Assembly (NCBI GenBank): GCA_963759925.1
Contig: CAVXBE010000007.1
Location: 62,872 to 126,871, forward strand
DNA from: an uncultured Alphaproteobacteria bacterium
GTDB lineage: Bacteria; Pseudomonadota; Alphaproteobacteria; Rhizobiales; Beijerinckiaceae
Length of the DNA stretch: 64,000 nt
Reading direction: 5' to 3'
In this document: in pieces, positions 30,580 through 40,737 of the stretch
Layout of the letters: each line of letters starts with the position of its first letter
Position numbering within the stretch: the first letter of the stretch is position 1
The notes under the pieces: model-generated
Seen by the model: the letters and a program-made list of their open reading frames with translations, nothing else
Databases searched by the model: none
What the model was told of the DNA's origin: nothing
Translations under genes and position numbers: made by a program

Positions 30580-31885
30580 ATGATCAGACGAACCGTAGCG
30601 GCTGCGGCTTTGGCGGCCAGTGCGTTGCTGGCCTTGCCGGCCTTGGCGCAGGACAAGCCCAAGGAGCTGGTAGTCGGCATCGCGACCTTCCTGTCCGGCC
30701 CGGCTTCGGTGTTCGGCGTGCCCGGCAAGAACGCCGCCGATTTGTTCTTCGAGGAGGTCAATGCCAAGGGCGGCATCCTCGGCGTGCCGGTGAAGCCCGT
30801 CTATGTCGATGAGGGCGCGGGCACCAACCAGCTGATTTCCGAATACCGCCGCGTCGTTCAGGACCAGGGCGCGCAGGTGATGTTCGGCGCGATTTCGTCC
30901 GGCTCCTGCAATGCGCTCGCCCCCGTCGCCGAGGACCTCAAGGTCGTCAACATCATGTGGGATTGCGGCACGCAGACCATCTTCGAAGAAGGCAAGTGGA
31001 AGTATTCCGTCCGCACCCAGGGCCATGCCGGCGCCGAGATGATGTCGACGCTGCTCTACCTCATGAAGGTCAAGCCGGACTTCAAGAGCATCGCGGTGGT
31101 CAACCAGGACTATGCCTGGGGCCGTGAATCCTGGGCGCTGTTCCAGGCAGGCCTCAAGGCGCTGAAGCCGGATGTGAAGATCGTCGCCGAGCTCTTCCCG
31201 AAATTCGGCGCGCCCGACTTCTCGACGGAGATCACCAGGCTTGTCGGCGCTGCGCCCCGATGTCGTGCTCTCGACCTCCTGGGGTGGCGATCTCGACACC
31301 TTCGTCCAGCAAGCGGCGGCGCGCGGGCTGCTGAACCAGTCGACCTTCGTCCTGCCGCTGGCCGAGAGCTCGCTGGAGCGCCTGGGTTCGGTGCTGCCTG
31401 AGGGCGTCATCGTCGGCGGGCGCGGTGACCACTACTTCCTGCATCCCAAGCACAAGAACTCCCCGGAGATGCTGAACTTCGTCAAGAAGTACAAGGAGAA
31501 GACCAACGTCTATCCGATCTACCCGACCTTCCACATGAACCAGGCAGTGACGGGACTGGTGAAGGCCTATGAGAAGGCCGGCGCCGCAGCGGGTGGCAAA
31601 TGGCCGACCAAGGAGCAGGTGATCGCCGCTTTCGAGGGTCTTGAGTTCAAGTCGCTGACGGGGACGATCAGCATGCGCGAGGACCATCAGGGCCTCGAGG
31701 ACCAGCTGCTCGGCACCACCAAGCGCGTGCCGGAATACCCCTTCGCCGTCTATGACAAGATGGCGCTCTACCCCGGCAAGCTCGTCACCACGCCTGTCGG
31801 CCAGAAGTCGCTGGACTGGTTTGCCAAGGTCTCCAAGGACCTGATCGACGACAAGTCGATCGAGACCTTCAGCTACGCCAAGTAA
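30580..31885 (+). CDS. ABC transporter substrate-binding protein (LivJ/K-like), frameshift near 31243
   Basis: Signal peptide ALA-Q, LSGPASVFG, INAKGG-like motif, QDYAWG. Confidence 0.88.
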
Positions 31886-32009
31886 GTAAGCCCGCTCGCA
31901 AGCCGAGCCGGAAAACCCTGACGGATGCTCCCTCCGGCCCCGCCGGCGGGGCAAACCCTACCCTTCACCCCTCCCCATGCTGGGGAGGGGCACAGGTCGC
32001 GGACATCAG

Positions 32010-32915
32010 ATGCCCCCTGAAATGATCTTCCTCGCCGCCCTCGACGGCATCGCCTATGGCTCGCTGATCTTCCTGGTCGCGGTCGGGCTGTCGCTGATCT
32101 TCGGCGTTCTGGGCGTGCTCAACGTCGCCCATGGCTCCTTTTACGCAATCGGCGCCTATGTCGCCGCCAGCGCGGTGCTGGCCGCCGCCGGCATGGGCCT
32201 GCCGACCTGGCTCGCCTTTCCGCTGTTTCTGGTCTCCGCCATCCTCGTCGGCGTGGTCGTCGGCGGGCTCGTCGAGGCGCTGCTGCTGCGCCGGATCTAC
32301 GGCAAGGAGGAGGTGCTGCAGCTCCTCGTCACCTTCGCCGTGTTCATGATTCTGGAAGACGCGCAGAAGGTGATTTTCGGTGTGCGCCCGCTCTTCGCCA
32401 ATGCCCCGATGAACTGGCTCGGCACGGTCGAGGTGTTCGGCATCTACTACACCAAGTACCAGCTGATCCTGATCCCGCTCGTCGCGCTTGCCGTGCTGGT
32501 CGGCCTGCGGCTCTTCCTGCGCCGCACCAGCTTCGGCCGCGCCATCGTCGCGGTGACGCAGGATCGCGAGGCGGCCATGGCGATGGGCATCGACGCCACC
32601 CGCATCTACCTCTTCACCTTCATGATCGGCGCCACCCTGGCGGCGCTCGGCGGGGCACTGTCATCGGCGACGACGTCGCTGACGCCCGGCATCGGCTCGG
32701 GAATGATCGTCCTGTCCTTCGCAGTCGCCGCCACGGCCGGCCTCGGCCGCATCGAGGGCGCGGCGGTTGCGGCGCTGATGATCGGGCTCGGCCGCTCGAT
32801 CGCCGTCTATTTCGCCCCCGAATTCGACGTGCTGATCCCCTATCTCATCATGGTCGCCGTACTGCTGATCAAGCCCGAAGGGCTCTTCACCACCGTGCAG
32901 ACGAGGAAAGTCTAA
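32010..32915 (+). CDS. Branched-chain-type ABC permease (LivH-like)
   Basis: GLSLIFG..LNVAHG, FGRAIVAV.QD. Confidence 0.9.
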   Translation: MPPEMIFLAALDGIAYGSLIFLVAVGLSLIFGVLGVLNVAHGSFYAIGAYVAASAVLAAAGMGLPTWLAFPLFLVSAILVGVVVGGLVEALLLRRIYGKEEVLQLLVTFAVFMILEDAQKVIFGVRPLFANAPMNWLGTVEVFGIYYTKYQLILIPLVALAVLVGLRLFLRRTSFGRAIVAVTQDREAAMAMGIDATRIYLFTFMIGATLAALGGALSSATTSLTPGIGSGMIVLSFAVAATAGLGRIEGAAVAALMIGLGRSIAVYFAPEFDVLIPYLIMVAVLLIKPEGLFTTVQTRKV

Positions 32916-33857
32916 ATGACGCGCCAGATCATCATCGGCGCCGGGCTACTCATCGCCCTGATCGTCTTCCCTCTGCTCTCGCCCTGGTCCACCGTCATCC
33001 TGACGGTCGCGCTCTGCGAAGGGCTCGCGGCGCTCGGCATCCTGATCCTGCTGCGGGCAGGGCAGGTGTCCTTCGGCCATGGCCTGTTCTTCGCCTTCTC
33101 GGCCTATGTTGTCGCCTTCATGGCTGCCGCGAAATTCGGCCATGAGGTGCTCCTGCTGGTGCCGATTGCGACAGCCGCTTCCGGCATCGTCGCGGCGCTG
33201 GTCGGGCTCTTCATCGTCCGCTACCGCGCCATCTTCTTCGGCATGCTGAACCTCGCCATCTCGATGGTGTTCTTCTCGCTGCTGGAAAAGCTGTTCTCGG
33301 TCACCGGCGGCGCCGACGGCAAACGCGTGCTGCGCCCGACACTGGCCGGCATGACGCTGGAGCGCGAAACCTTCGAGTTCTGGATGTTCTACATCACGCT
33401 GGCGCTGGCGCTGATCGCGGCCCTGGCCGTCGCGCGGTATCTGGTCTCGCCCGGCGGCAAGGCGCTGGAGGCGATCAAATCCAACGAGACGCGGCTGGAA
33501 TATCTCGGCGTTTCCAGCCGCAAAGTGCTCTACGGCGCCTATCTCGCCTCCGGACTGCTGGCCGGACTTGGCGGCGCCATCATCGCGCTCGTCTCCGGCC
33601 ATGTCACACCGGAGCTGGCCTATTGGGTGCGCTCGGGCGAGTTCGTCTTCATCGCCATCCTCGGCGGGGCAGGTGGCGTGGCCGGGCCGTTCCTCGGCGC
33701 GCTGATGTTCCAGATCATCCGCGGCTATGCCGCCGTCTACGCGCCCGAAACCTGGCATGCGGTGCTGGGCGTGATGCTGCTGGTCATCATCTTCTTCGCC
33801 CCGACCGGGCTCTACGGGCTGATACTCGGCCGCAAGCGCGCGGGAGAGGCAAAATGA
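32916..33857 (+). CDS. Branched-chain-type ABC permease (LivM-like)
   Basis: GQVSFGHG, TGGADG, ILGG.G...GPFLGA. Confidence 0.9.
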   Translation: MTRQIIIGAGLLIALIVFPLLSPWSTVILTVALCEGLAALGILILLRAGQVSFGHGLFFAFSAYVVAFMAAAKFGHEVLLLVPIATAASGIVAALVGLFIVRYRAIFFGMLNLAISMVFFSLLEKLFSVTGGADGKRVLRPTLAGMTLERETFEFWMFYITLALALIAALAVARYLVSPGGKALEAIKSNETRLEYLGVSSRKVLYGAYLASGLLAGLGGAIIALVSGHVTPELAYWVRSGEFVFIAILGGAGGVAGPFLGALMFQIIRGYAAVYAPETWHAVLGVMLLVIIFFAPTGLYGLILGRKRAGEAK

Positions 33858-34603
33858 GCGAGGTCATTCTCGAAGCGCGCGACCTGCAATTGCGGTTTGG
33901 CGGCGTGCAGGCGGCTGCCGGTGCCAGCCTCACCGTGCGCGCCAATGAGCGCATCGCGATCATCGGTCCCAATGGCGCGGGCAAGACCACCTTCATCAAT
34001 CTCTGCACCGGCTACATCAAGCCCGAGAGCGGCAGCGTGATCTTTGCCGGGCGCGATGTCACGGCGCTGTCGCCGCGCGCCATCACCCGCCTCGGCATCG
34101 GCCGCTCCTTCCAGATCCCGCAGCTCTTCATCGAGAATACGGTGATGGAGAATTTGCTGCTGGCGCTGAGCGCGCGGGAGGGCAGCTGGTCGCCCTTCCT
34201 GAAGCTCGACGACCACCCGAAGGCCGAAGAAATGTGGGCGCTGCTCGACATTGTCGGGCTGAAGCAGACCGGCCACCGCATCGTCCGTGAGCTGCCGGAA
34301 GGGATGCGCAAGCTGATCGACATTGCCGTCGCGCTGGCGCTGGAGCCCAAGCTGATCTTCATGGACGAGCCGACATCGGGCGTTTCCAGCCACGAGAAAT
34401 TCCAGGTGATGGACACGCTGACCCGGGCGCTCGATGCCAGAGCCACCACCGCCATCTTCGTCGAGCACGACATGGATGTGGTGGCGCGCTACGCCAGCCG
34501 GGTTGCCGTCTGGTCGGGCGGCAAGATTGCGCTGGAGGGGACGCCGGATGAAATCCTGAACCATCCCGAGGTTCTCGAGACCGTCATCGGCGTGGGGGTC
34601 TGA
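33854..34603 (+). CDS. ABC ATPase (LivG-like)
   Basis: GPNGAGKTT, RSFQ, MDEPTSG, VEHDM. Confidence 0.92.
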   Translation: MSEVILEARDLQLRFGGVQAAAGASLTVRANERIAIIGPNGAGKTTFINLCTGYIKPESGSVIFAGRDVTALSPRAITRLGIGRSFQIPQLFIENTVMENLLLALSAREGSWSPFLKLDDHPKAEEMWALLDIVGLKQTGHRIVRELPEGMRKLIDIAVALALEPKLIFMDEPTSGVSSHEKFQVMDTLTRALDARATTAIFVEHDMDVVARYASRVAVWSGGKIALEGTPDEILNHPEVLETVIGVGV

Positions 34604-34604
34604 G

Positions 34605-35306
34605 ATGCTGGAGATCAAGGGATTATCGGCCGAGATCGAGGGGGTGCAGGTGCTGCGCCAGGTCGATTTCGCACTGGGCGAGGGCGCAACCGTCGCCCTC
34701 ATCGGCCGCAACGGCGCCGGCAAGACGAGCCTCTTGCGTGCCATCATGGGCTTCATGAAGGTGACCGGCGGCAGCATCGCCTTCGATGGCAAGGCTCTGG
34801 CCGGGATCAAGCCGCATGATCGCCCGCGCCTCGGCATCGGCTATGCGCCCGAAGACCGCCGCCTGTTCTCGACCTTCACCATCGAGGAGAATATCCGCCT
34901 TCCCGCCGAAGTGATGAAGGTCACCGGCAGCGAGATCGGCCGCCGGCTGAACGACATCTATCAGGTCCTGCCGGAACTGGCGGATCTGCGCCATCGCCCG
35001 GCGGCCGGACTTTCGGGCGGGCAGGGCAAGATGGCGGCCCTGGCGCGCGCCTTGATGGTCGGCCAGCGCCTGATCCTGCTGGACGAGCCCTTTCAGGGGC
35101 TGGCTCCGGTGCTGGCCCAGCGCTATGCCACGGCTCTGCGGGCCCTGCGCGACAGCCACCCCGACATCGCCTTGCTCATCACTGAATCCAATCCAAGCCT
35201 GCTGCGAAATTTTGCCGAGCGCGCCTATGCGATCGAGCGTGGCGAGGTCACGGAGGTGGCCGGCGGATTGGCGGCGAGCTCGCTGGCTGCCGCGGGAATG
35301 CATTGA
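34605..35306 (+). CDS. ABC ATPase (LivF-like)
   Basis: GRNGAGKT, LSGGQ, LDEP. Confidence 0.92.
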   Translation: MLEIKGLSAEIEGVQVLRQVDFALGEGATVALIGRNGAGKTSLLRAIMGFMKVTGGSIAFDGKALAGIKPHDRPRLGIGYAPEDRRLFSTFTIEENIRLPAEVMKVTGSEIGRRLNDIYQVLPELADLRHRPAAGLSGGQGKMAALARALMVGQRLILLDEPFQGLAPVLAQRYATALRALRDSHPDIALLITESNPSLLRNFAERAYAIERGEVTEVAGGLAASSLAAAGMH

Positions 35307-35388
35307 AAGCCTAAGGCGCCGGCCGCTCTCGGTCAAAACCGTTGCGGCGGCCTCGCCAACCGATGGCTTGAGAGACAGGAGAAACAGC

Positions 35389-36822
35389 ATGACTCAACAC
35401 TTCATCAATGGCCGCCATGTCGCTGGCCGGACTGGCGAAACCATGTCGGTCGTTGCCCCCGCCACGGGCGAGGAGTTCACCCGGATCGCCTGCGGCACGG
35501 CAGAGGATATCGATGATGCGGTCAAGGCTGCGCATGCTGCCTATGAAGGCGCCTGGGGCCGTTTGACCGCCGCCGAGCGCGGCCGGCTGATCGCGCGGCT
35601 GGGGCAGAAAGTGCTCGACAATTTCGATGAGTTGGCGCGCACCGAGGCGCAGGATACCGGCAAGCCGATGGCGCAGGCGCGGGCCGATATCGAGGCGACC
35701 GCGCGCTATTTCGAGTTCTATGGCGGTGCCGCCGACAAGGTCCACGGCCATGTCATTCCCTTCCTGAACGGCTACAGCGTCAGCGTCGTCCACGAGCCCC
35801 ATGGCGTCACCGGCCATATCCTGCCCTGGAACTATCCGGCGCAGATGTTTGGCCGCTCGCTGACCGCCTCGCTCGCAATGGGCAATGCAGTGGTCCTGAA
35901 GCCAGCCGAGGAAGCCTGCCAGACGGCGCTGAAGCTTGCCGTTCTCGCCTCCGAGGTCGGCTTTCCCGATGGCGCGATCAACATCGTCACCGGGCGCGGC
36001 CATGAGGCGGGTGCGGCGCTCAGCGCCCATCCCGGCATCGGCTTCATGTCCTTCACCGGCTCGCCGGAAGTTGGCAAGCTGGTGCAGCATGCCTGCGCCG
36101 AGAACCTCATTCCCTGCACGCTCGAACTCGGCGGCAAGTCCCCGCAGATCGTCTTCGACGATGCGGATTTCGACGCCGCGGTTCCCGTGGTGTGCAAGGC
36201 CATCGTCCAGAACACCGGCCAGACCTGCTCGGCCGGCAGCCGCGTGCTGGTGCAGCAGGGCGTTTATGACGCGTTCATGGGCGCCGTCGCCAAGCAGTTC
36301 TCCAAGCTGCAGGCCGGTACGCCGGAGATGGATCTGGATTGCGGCCCGGTCATCAACGCCAAGCAGCGCGGCCGGGTGCAGAGCTTCATCGATCAGGCCC
36401 GCGAGCAGGGTATCCCGGTGATTGCCGAGGGGCAGATTGCGCAGGGCGTGCCCAATGGCGGGTATTATGTGACGCCGACCTTGTTTGGGCAGGTGCCGCG
36501 CGGCAACCGTCTGGAGCAGGAGGAGGTGTTCGGCCCCGTCCTCGCCGCCTTCTCCTTCACGGATGAGGAGGATGCGATCAAGCTCGCCAACTCGACCGCC
36601 TACGGGCTGGTCGCCGGTGTCTGGACCGGCAATGGCGGCCGCCAGCAGCGCCTCGCCAAGCGCGTCCGCGCCGGCCAGGTCTTCATCAACGGCTATGGCG
36701 CGGGCGGCGGCATCGAACTGCCCTTCGGCGGCACCGGCAAAAGCGGCCATGGCCGGGAGAAGGGTTTGATCGCGCTAGAGGAATTCGCAGTGACGAAGAC
36801 CATCGTGCACAAGCACGGGTGA
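35389..36822 (+). CDS. NAD-dependent aldehyde dehydrogenase
   Basis: PWNYP, FTGS, LELGGKSP, GQTCSAG, EEVFGP. Confidence 0.93.
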   Translation: MTQHFINGRHVAGRTGETMSVVAPATGEEFTRIACGTAEDIDDAVKAAHAAYEGAWGRLTAAERGRLIARLGQKVLDNFDELARTEAQDTGKPMAQARADIEATARYFEFYGGAADKVHGHVIPFLNGYSVSVVHEPHGVTGHILPWNYPAQMFGRSLTASLAMGNAVVLKPAEEACQTALKLAVLASEVGFPDGAINIVTGRGHEAGAALSAHPGIGFMSFTGSPEVGKLVQHACAENLIPCTLELGGKSPQIVFDDADFDAAVPVVCKAIVQNTGQTCSAGSRVLVQQGVYDAFMGAVAKQFSKLQAGTPEMDLDCGPVINAKQRGRVQSFIDQAREQGIPVIAEGQIAQGVPNGGYYVTPTLFGQVPRGNRLEQEEVFGPVLAAFSFTDEEDAIKLANSTAYGLVAGVWTGNGGRQQRLAKRVRAGQVFINGYGAGGGIELPFGGTGKSGHGREKGLIALEEFAVTKTIVHKHG

Positions 36823-36835
36823 GCGGCTCTCTGTA

Positions 36836-37290
36836 CCGTCATGCTCGGGCTTGTCCCGAGCACCCACGTCTTTAGCTCCGCCCGCGCCCAGCGAAGACGT
36901 GGATGGTCGCCACAAGGGCGACCATGACGAAGGCGGCTCCCCCTTCTCCCGCAGGGGGAGAAGGGAAGAAGCGTTGCGGTTCTCTGCTGCCGTCATGCTC
37001 GGGCTTGTCCCGAGCACCCACGTCATTAGCTCCACCCGCGCCCAGCGAAGACGTGGATGGTCGCCACAAGGGCGACCATGACGAAGGAGGCTCTCCCTTC
37101 TCCCCCGGCGGGAGAAGGTGGCTCGGCGCAGCCGAGACGGATGAGGGGGGCTCCGTGAGGGTTCCGCTGAACACAACGCCAGCCGGTTAAGCGCACGGCA
37201 AACCCCTCATCCGACCCTCCGGGCCACCTTCTCCCGCAAGGGGAGAAGGGTAGAGGCGTCGCGGTTTCCCCTAGCCTCATGCTCCCACCT
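36836..37290. repeat. Tandem mosaic of palindromic repeats (two 154-bp-period CGTC units plus a CCCTTCTCCC RIME-like element)
   Basis: CCGTCATGCTCGGGCTTGTCCCGAGC...CATGACG at 36836 and 36990; CCCTTCTCCC...GGGAGAAGGG at 36941-36965 and 37095-37250. Confidence 0.9.
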
Positions 37291-37318
37291 GCGCCGAATA
37301 AGGAGCGCCCTGCACCCC

Positions 37319-38449
37319 TCACATCATGATGATGTGCCTGATCGTGCGGCCCTCATTCAGCGCGTCGAAGCCTTCGTTGATGCCGTCGAGGCCGCTTTGG
37401 CTGGTCATCAGCCTGTCAACCGGCAGCTTGCCGCGCTGGTAGAGGTCGACGAAGCGGGGGATGTCGCGCATCGGGATGCAGGAGCCGACATAGGAGCCCT
37501 TCAGCGTCCGCTCTTCGCCGACCAGCCTGACCGGCGCCAGTGACAGGGTGTGAGCGGGATTGGCGAGGCCCGCCGTGGTGGTGGTGCCGCCGCGCCGGGT
37601 GATCTGGTAGGCCAGATCCAGCGCCTTCACCGAACCGGCCATCTCCAGCCCATGGTCGACGCCGCCCCTGGTGGCGCTGCGGATTGCTTCGATCACGCCG
37701 GGGTCGCCGGCATTGAAGCAGTCGGTGGCGCCAAGCGAGCGGGCGATTTCCAGCTTCTCGTCCGACAGATCGACCGCGATGACGCGGGACGCGCCGCAAG
37801 CGGCAGCGCCGAGCAGGGCGCTGAGACCGACACCGCCGAGCCCCACGACCGCGACCGTCTCACCGGCCCGGACCTTGGCCGTATTCACTGCGGCACCGAC
37901 GCCGGTCAGCACCGCGCAGCCGAACAAGGCCGCGATCTCATGGGGAATATCAGCCTCGATCTTCACCAGCGAATGGCGCGAGATCACCGCGTATTCGGCA
38001 AAGGCGGAGACGCCGACATGGTGGTTGACCGGCTGGCCGCCCATTGAGAGGCGCCTTCCGCCATTCAGCAATTCGCCGACGCCATTGGCGGCATTGCCGG
38101 GCTCGCACAGCGCCGGGCGGCCTTCGCTGCAGGGTGAGCAATGCCCGCAGGAGGGCACGAACACCATGATGACGCGGTCGCCCTTTTTCAGATCCTGAAC
38201 GCCCGGGCCGGGCTCGACCACCTCTCCGGCCGCCTCATGCCCCAGCACCATCGGCACCGGGCGAGGGCGGTTGCCATCGATCACCGAGAGGTCGGAGTGG
38301 CAGAGCCCCGCCGCGCGCACCCGCACCAGCACTTCGCCCGGCCCCGGTGGCGCAAGCTCGACCTCCTCGATGGCGAGCGGGCGGCTCTGCGCATACGGAG
38401 CTGCAACGGGGCTGGCTTTCAGAACGGCGGCGCGGATTTTCACAGGCAT
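37319..38449 (-). CDS. Zn-dependent alcohol dehydrogenase
   Basis: GLCHSD, GHE, CGHCSPC...C, GLGGVG. Confidence 0.93.
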   Translation of the reverse strand: MPVKIRAAVLKASPVAAPYAQSRPLAIEEVELAPPGPGEVLVRVRAAGLCHSDLSVIDGNRPRPVPMVLGHEAAGEVVEPGPGVQDLKKGDRVIMVFVPSCGHCSPCSEGRPALCEPGNAANGVGELLNGGRRLSMGGQPVNHHVGVSAFAEYAVISRHSLVKIEADIPHEIAALFGCAVLTGVGAAVNTAKVRAGETVAVVGLGGVGLSALLGAAACGASRVIAVDLSDEKLEIARSLGATDCFNAGDPGVIEAIRSATRGGVDHGLEMAGSVKALDLAYQITRRGGTTTTAGLANPAHTLSLAPVRLVGEERTLKGSYVGSCIPMRDIPRFVDLYQRGKLPVDRLMTSQSGLDGINEGFDALNEGRTIRHIIMM

Positions 38450-38566
38450 TTCCTCGGCTCAAGCTGGCTCGATCTCTGCCGCGACACGGGCTTCACCCTG
38501 CCGCAGCGTCGGCTTGGAGCGGAGTGTCCAACCTGCCAGCCGGCGCTGTCAAAGACGAAAAGGCGA

Positions 38567-39526
38567 TCACCCGTATAAAGCTGGGGCATCGCCATCCTCG
38601 CCCAGTGTCGCGGTCCAGGTTTCGTCCTGCACCAGCCCGCGCAGGATCTCCCAGGAGAGCTGGCCGATGGCCCGCGCCGCCGCCGGCATCGGGCGCTCGG
38701 TGGAGTAGGCGAGGTAGACCTTGCGATAGAGCGTCGGCTGCGCAATCCGCCAGCTCTGGAAGATCCCGGCCTTTTCATGCTCCGTCACCGCCATGCGCGG
38801 CAGGATGGAATAGCCGAGCCCGCGCTGCACCAGCCGCTTGATCTGGCCATAGGATTCGATCTCGATCGCCGGCCGGATGGTGGCCTTGCTCCCGGCCGCT
38901 TCCTCGATCTGGTCGCGCAGACCGTGCCCGAGACCCGGCAGGATGAGGTCGAGCGCCGCCGCCTCGGCCATCGTCACAGTCCCGCCCGGCGGTGTCTTGA
39001 CGCCGTCGAGACCGGGCGCTCCGAACAGGCACAGCTCCTCGGTCAGGACATGGTGGATGCCGAGCCCCTTGGGGTCCGAGGTTGAATAGATGACCGCCAG
39101 ATCGACCTCGCCACGGCGCAGCCAGTCCAGCACGAAGCCGCTCATCGCCTCGGCAATGCGAATGCGCACAGCCGGGAAGCGCTCGCGCGCCGCCTCGATC
39201 AGCGGCACGCTGAACTGCTCGCTCACCGTTCCCGGCAGTCCGATCCGGACTTCGCCGCCCGGCGCCACCGATTCGCCCCTGACCATATCCCGCAGCTCGC
39301 CGAAATCGGCGAGGATCGAGCGCGCGCGCTCCAGCAGTCGCTCGCCGGCCTCGGTGGGGAGTACGCCGCGCGTGCCACGGTGCAGCAGGGCGACCCCGAG
39401 CTCATCCTCCATATGGCGCAGATGCTGGCTCAGCGCCGGCTGGGCGACACGCAGCTTCGTCGCCGCTTTCGAGAAGGAGCCTTGCTCGACGATGGCCGTG
39501 AAGTATCGGAGCTGGCGCAAATCCAT
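38567..39526 (-). CDS. LysR family regulator (Nac-like)
   Basis: MDLRQLRYF...SFSKAA..L.VAQPALS. Confidence 0.93.
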   Translation of the reverse strand: MDLRQLRYFTAIVEQGSFSKAATKLRVAQPALSQHLRHMEDELGVALLHRGTRGVLPTEAGERLLERARSILADFGELRDMVRGESVAPGGEVRIGLPGTVSEQFSVPLIEAARERFPAVRIRIAEAMSGFVLDWLRRGEVDLAVIYSTSDPKGLGIHHVLTEELCLFGAPGLDGVKTPPGGTVTMAEAAALDLILPGLGHGLRDQIEEAAGSKATIRPAIEIESYGQIKRLVQRGLGYSILPRMAVTEHEKAGIFQSWRIAQPTLYRKVYLAYSTERPMPAAARAIGQLSWEILRGLVQDETWTATLGEDGDAPALYG

Positions 39527-39640
39527 GTCGTGGCAAATCCCGCTGGTGATGCGCCGCAGCGCGGGACTTTGGTAACGCCGCCGGGCGGGGGTGGCTAGGC
39601 CATGCGGTGCAGGGTCTGCCAGAGCCGGCCGATTCAAACA

Positions 39641-39673
39641 AAAAGGGCGAGGCCATCACTGGCCCCGCCCTGT
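39641..39673 (-). terminator. Rho-independent terminator
   Basis: GC-rich imperfect hairpin followed by a T-run on the minus strand, after the membrane protein gene. Confidence 0.6.
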
Positions 39674-39709
39674 TCTGAACTGGTGAGGCCTCAGCCTCGC
39701 CGGTCTGGC

Positions 39710-40588
39710 TCAGCGGCCGAAGAAGCCGTTCAGCTCGCTGTTCTCGTCCCGATGGCGCCCGCCCATCTGGGCTGCGAACCAGGCGGTGGCAGCACCGAGC
39801 AGGAGGACGGCGGCGGTGAGGAAGGCCGTGACGATGGCCGCCTTGCGCGCCTTCTCAGCTGCCTTCTTTGCCTCTTCCTTCGCCTGCTGCAGCTTGGTGT
39901 AGGCGGCATCGACGCGGGCCTGCGCCTCAGGCTGGGCGACACCCGTCCGCGCTGCAATGCGCGAGGCGAGGTAGTCACGATCGGCCGGGTCGAGGGTGCC
40001 GGTGGTCATGGCGGTGACGAGGATGCGCGACGCTTCCTGACGCTCTTCGGCAGTCGGCGGGTTTTCGCCGGTGCTGCGCATCACGCTGTCGACGGCCGTA
40101 CCGAGCGGATCCGCCTGCTGGCTGAGCAGCGAGCTGGCGCTGTTGGCCGCAGCCGCAGCGCCGTTCACAGCAGTCTTGGCGACGCCGAGCAGCGACGAGC
40201 TGGCGATCATGGTCGCGATCAGCGCACCGACGGCCCAGACCAGAAGACCATGCGCGCCATCGCGCACATCGCGCTCATGGCTGGCGCTGTCCTGAACGGG
40301 ACGGCGCATCCGGCCGGCGAGATAGCCGCCAGCGAAACAGGCGGAAACGGTGATCCAGATCAGCCACAGCCCACCGGCGATGGTGATCAGGGCGAGGCTG
40401 GAGGTGCGGCCGGTCTCGGCTGACACCAGCGAGAGGCCCAGCGCCGATCCGAACGCGGCCATGACCATGGTGATGGCCGCCGAAAGGACGCCGCCGCCAA
40501 GGACGGGACCCCATTCGAGATAGGAGCTTTGCGAGCCAGTGGTGGCTGGCGGTGTGACGACGACGAGATCTGAGGTGCCCATTGACAT
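39710..40588 (-). CDS. Conserved hypothetical multi-TM membrane protein
   Basis: SYLEWGPVLGG, AGGYLAGRMR, RDGAHGLLVWA, four TM segments. Confidence 0.8.
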   Translation of the reverse strand: MSMGTSDLVVVTPPATTGSQSSYLEWGPVLGGGVLSAAITMVMAAFGSALGLSLVSAETGRTSSLALITIAGGLWLIWITVSACFAGGYLAGRMRRPVQDSASHERDVRDGAHGLLVWAVGALIATMIASSSLLGVAKTAVNGAAAAANSASSLLSQQADPLGTAVDSVMRSTGENPPTAEERQEASRILVTAMTTGTLDPADRDYLASRIAARTGVAQPEAQARVDAAYTKLQQAKEEAKKAAEKARKAAIVTAFLTAAVLLLGAATAWFAAQMGGRHRDENSELNGFFGR

Positions 40589-40598
40589 GATCGCGGTC

Positions 40599-40673
40599 CT
40601 ATCTCAGCCCGAGGAACGACAGGATGGCGAGAACCACCACGATGAGACCGATGATGTAGATGATGCCGTTCAT
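40599..40673 (-). CDS. 24-aa single-TM small protein MNGIIYIIGLIVVVLAILSFLGLR
   Basis: GGAGG RBS, ATG, TAG stop 10 nt before the next gene, directly downstream of an EcfG-type promoter. Confidence 0.75.
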   Translation of the reverse strand: MNGIIYIIGLIVVVLAILSFLGLR

Positions 40674-40711
40674 TGCGCCCTCCAATACGCCACCCAGCGT
40701 GGCATCACCAA

Positions 40712-40737
40712 AACGTGAGCCGGAACAGGAAGGTTCC
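40712..40737 (-). promoter_or_regulatory. Sigma-EcfG (general stress response) promoter GGAAC-N17-CGTT
   Basis: Exact consensus match 38 nt upstream of the small ORF. Confidence 0.75.

Noticed and set aside
36836-37290. Possible CRISPR array
   Set aside because: Units are long palindromes with conserved rather than unique spacers, there are only two to three copies, and no cas genes are present.
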